From IMG/VR virus record IMGVR_UViG_3300042554_001750: a stretch of 64,000 nucleotides of DNA; one strand, 5' to 3'. Below are positions 62,909 through 64,000 of the stretch, one piece after another. Within the stretch, counting starts at the first letter, position 1. Every line of letters starts with the position of its first letter. The stretch comes from a virus (taxonomy: Duplodnaviria; Caudoviricetes). Under the pieces are notes generated by a model. That model was not told where the DNA came from. It did no database searches and saw only the letters and a list, made by a program, of their open reading frames with translations. A program made the position numbers and the translations under genes.

Positions 62909-64000
62909 TTATGTTGCTAAAGAGGCCGTGTATGCCTTGTATTTTTCAACAGAGTCTTTGTACGCTGCTACGTATTCTTGTAAGGCAGCTTGCAATTCTG
63001 GATCACCTTCGGGTAATGTATTTTTAAGTTCACGATATTTGGTTTGTGCTATTTTTAGTTTTGCTACTGCTTCTTCTGCTACTTTGTATAATCTATTTGC
63101 TTCTGCATTTTTTTTGTCTCTTTCCTCTCTAATTTTATCTAGTGGATTTTCTGTTTTAATAGTTCCAGTGTAATTTGGAGTAGGAATTCCAGGACCCAAT
63201 AAGCTAGAGATACCGGATGTAATTTCAGTTCGGTTAGTTGTGTCAATACCAACTGCCGGCAGTTTAATTGGCGTAGATCCTGAAGCACTTAAACTAGACA
63301 ATGCACTATTCAATTGCGATGCTAGTCCTGCAGGTAACCCGGCGCTTGCTAAACTTGTCAACGAAGAACCAGATTTTAATTTATCAAGTGCGCCTGTTAC
63401 TTGGCTTGCTGCTCCGGAAACTGTACCAGTTACTTGACCTGCTACACCTGCAACTGCTCCAGTAACTCTAGCTGAAGCTGCACCAACCGCACTATTCAAT
63501 GATATATTATTCATTGAAGCTGTGGTTGAGTTGCTAATCAATCCAGATATAGCTTCAGTTCCGGGAACTTTATTTGTAGCACCCGCCGCTTTACTGACTA
63601 CAGTAGCAACTGCTGATTGGGCGCCCGGTAATGCTGACACTCCACTAGCAATAGTTGAGGATAGACTTGCTGTTGTATTTTTAGCCAGATCAGTAACATT
63701 TCCAGGAACTGCATTTGCACTTTCAGCAATGGATTTTAAATTCTGTGGTACATTTGGCTTGAAAGATTTAAATGACGCAGTGATTGCTGCAAACGCAGAT
63801 CCTGCTACACCTTTGGCTGCGTCTAATAAACCACTTATTCCTGTAGATTTCCCTAATGCTCCAACCGCACCACTTATTGCACCCAATCCACCTGATACAT
63901 TTTGTGCTAATCCTGCGGCAAAACTTCCTGATTTGATTGTATTTGCAATATTACTGACAGCGCCTAAACCACCGGCAACAGCCGCTGTTGCGCCGCCCAC
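62909..64000 (-). CDS. Ala/Gly/Ser-rich protein with C-terminal coiled coil; start lies outside the window
   Basis: Open to window edge; low-complexity helical repeats; adjacent to baseplate genes. Confidence 0.6.
   Translation of the reverse strand: MGGATAAVAGGLGAVSNIANTIKSGSFAAGLAQNVSGGLGAISGAVGALGKSTGISGLLDAAKGVAGSAFAAITASFKSFKPNVPQNLKSIAESANAVPGNVTDLAKNTTASLSSTIASGVSALPGAQSAVATVVSKAAGATNKVPGTEAISGLISNSTTASMNNISLNSAVGAASARVTGAVAGVAGQVTGTVSGAASQVTGALDKLKSGSSLTSLASAGLPAGLASQLNSALSSLSASGSTPIKLPAVGIDTTNRTEITSGISSLLGPGIPTPNYTGTIKTENPLDKIREERDKKNAEANRLYKVAEEAVAKLKIAQTKYRELKNTLPEGDPELQAALQEYVAAYKDSVEKYKAYTASLAT

Noticed and set aside
296-63437. All plus-strand ORFs and nested minus-strand ORFs in the track
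   Set aside because: They shadow longer motif-bearing minus-strand genes, have no recognisable motifs and show antisense-type composition
1-64000. Stop-codon reassignment (alternative genetic code)
   Set aside because: Genes tile the strand and stay open up to 19.5 kb under the standard code; TGA is used as a real stop with ATGA coupling

Overview
A 64-kb fragment of a large, AT-rich, T4-like (myovirus-type) bacteriophage genome. Every credible gene is on the minus strand. A Betaproteobacteria host is inferred from the PstS, the porin and the tmRNA tag. In transcription order (high to low coordinates): (i) a virion block with a gp25-like protein, a gp6-like baseplate wedge, a 6498-aa repetitive structural protein and tail-associated proteins (36.4-64 kb); (ii) a ~25-kb glycan synthesis/modification island with GT-like proteins, 3 radical SAM enzymes, 4 SGNH-like proteins, NDP-sugar epimerases/reductases, RmlC, a split TPP enzyme, a carbamoyltransferase and a 1885-aa protein with 17 tandem ~60-aa repeats (10.9-36.4 kb); (iii) a circularly permuted two-piece tmRNA whose intervening segment holds a 24-codon hydrophobic ORF; (iv) a cassette of a Cys-rich protein, a subtilisin with an 8-Cys tail and an ATP-pyrophosphatase-like protein; (v) a phosphate-starvation module: porin, Pho box, pstS, PlcP-like phosphoesterase and Agt-like GT4, suggesting phage-driven remodelling of host phospholipids into glycolipids; (vi) ADP-heptose enzymes; (vii) small early genes behind three consensus sigma70 promoters. 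All product calls come from motif recognition by eye; no database searches were run.
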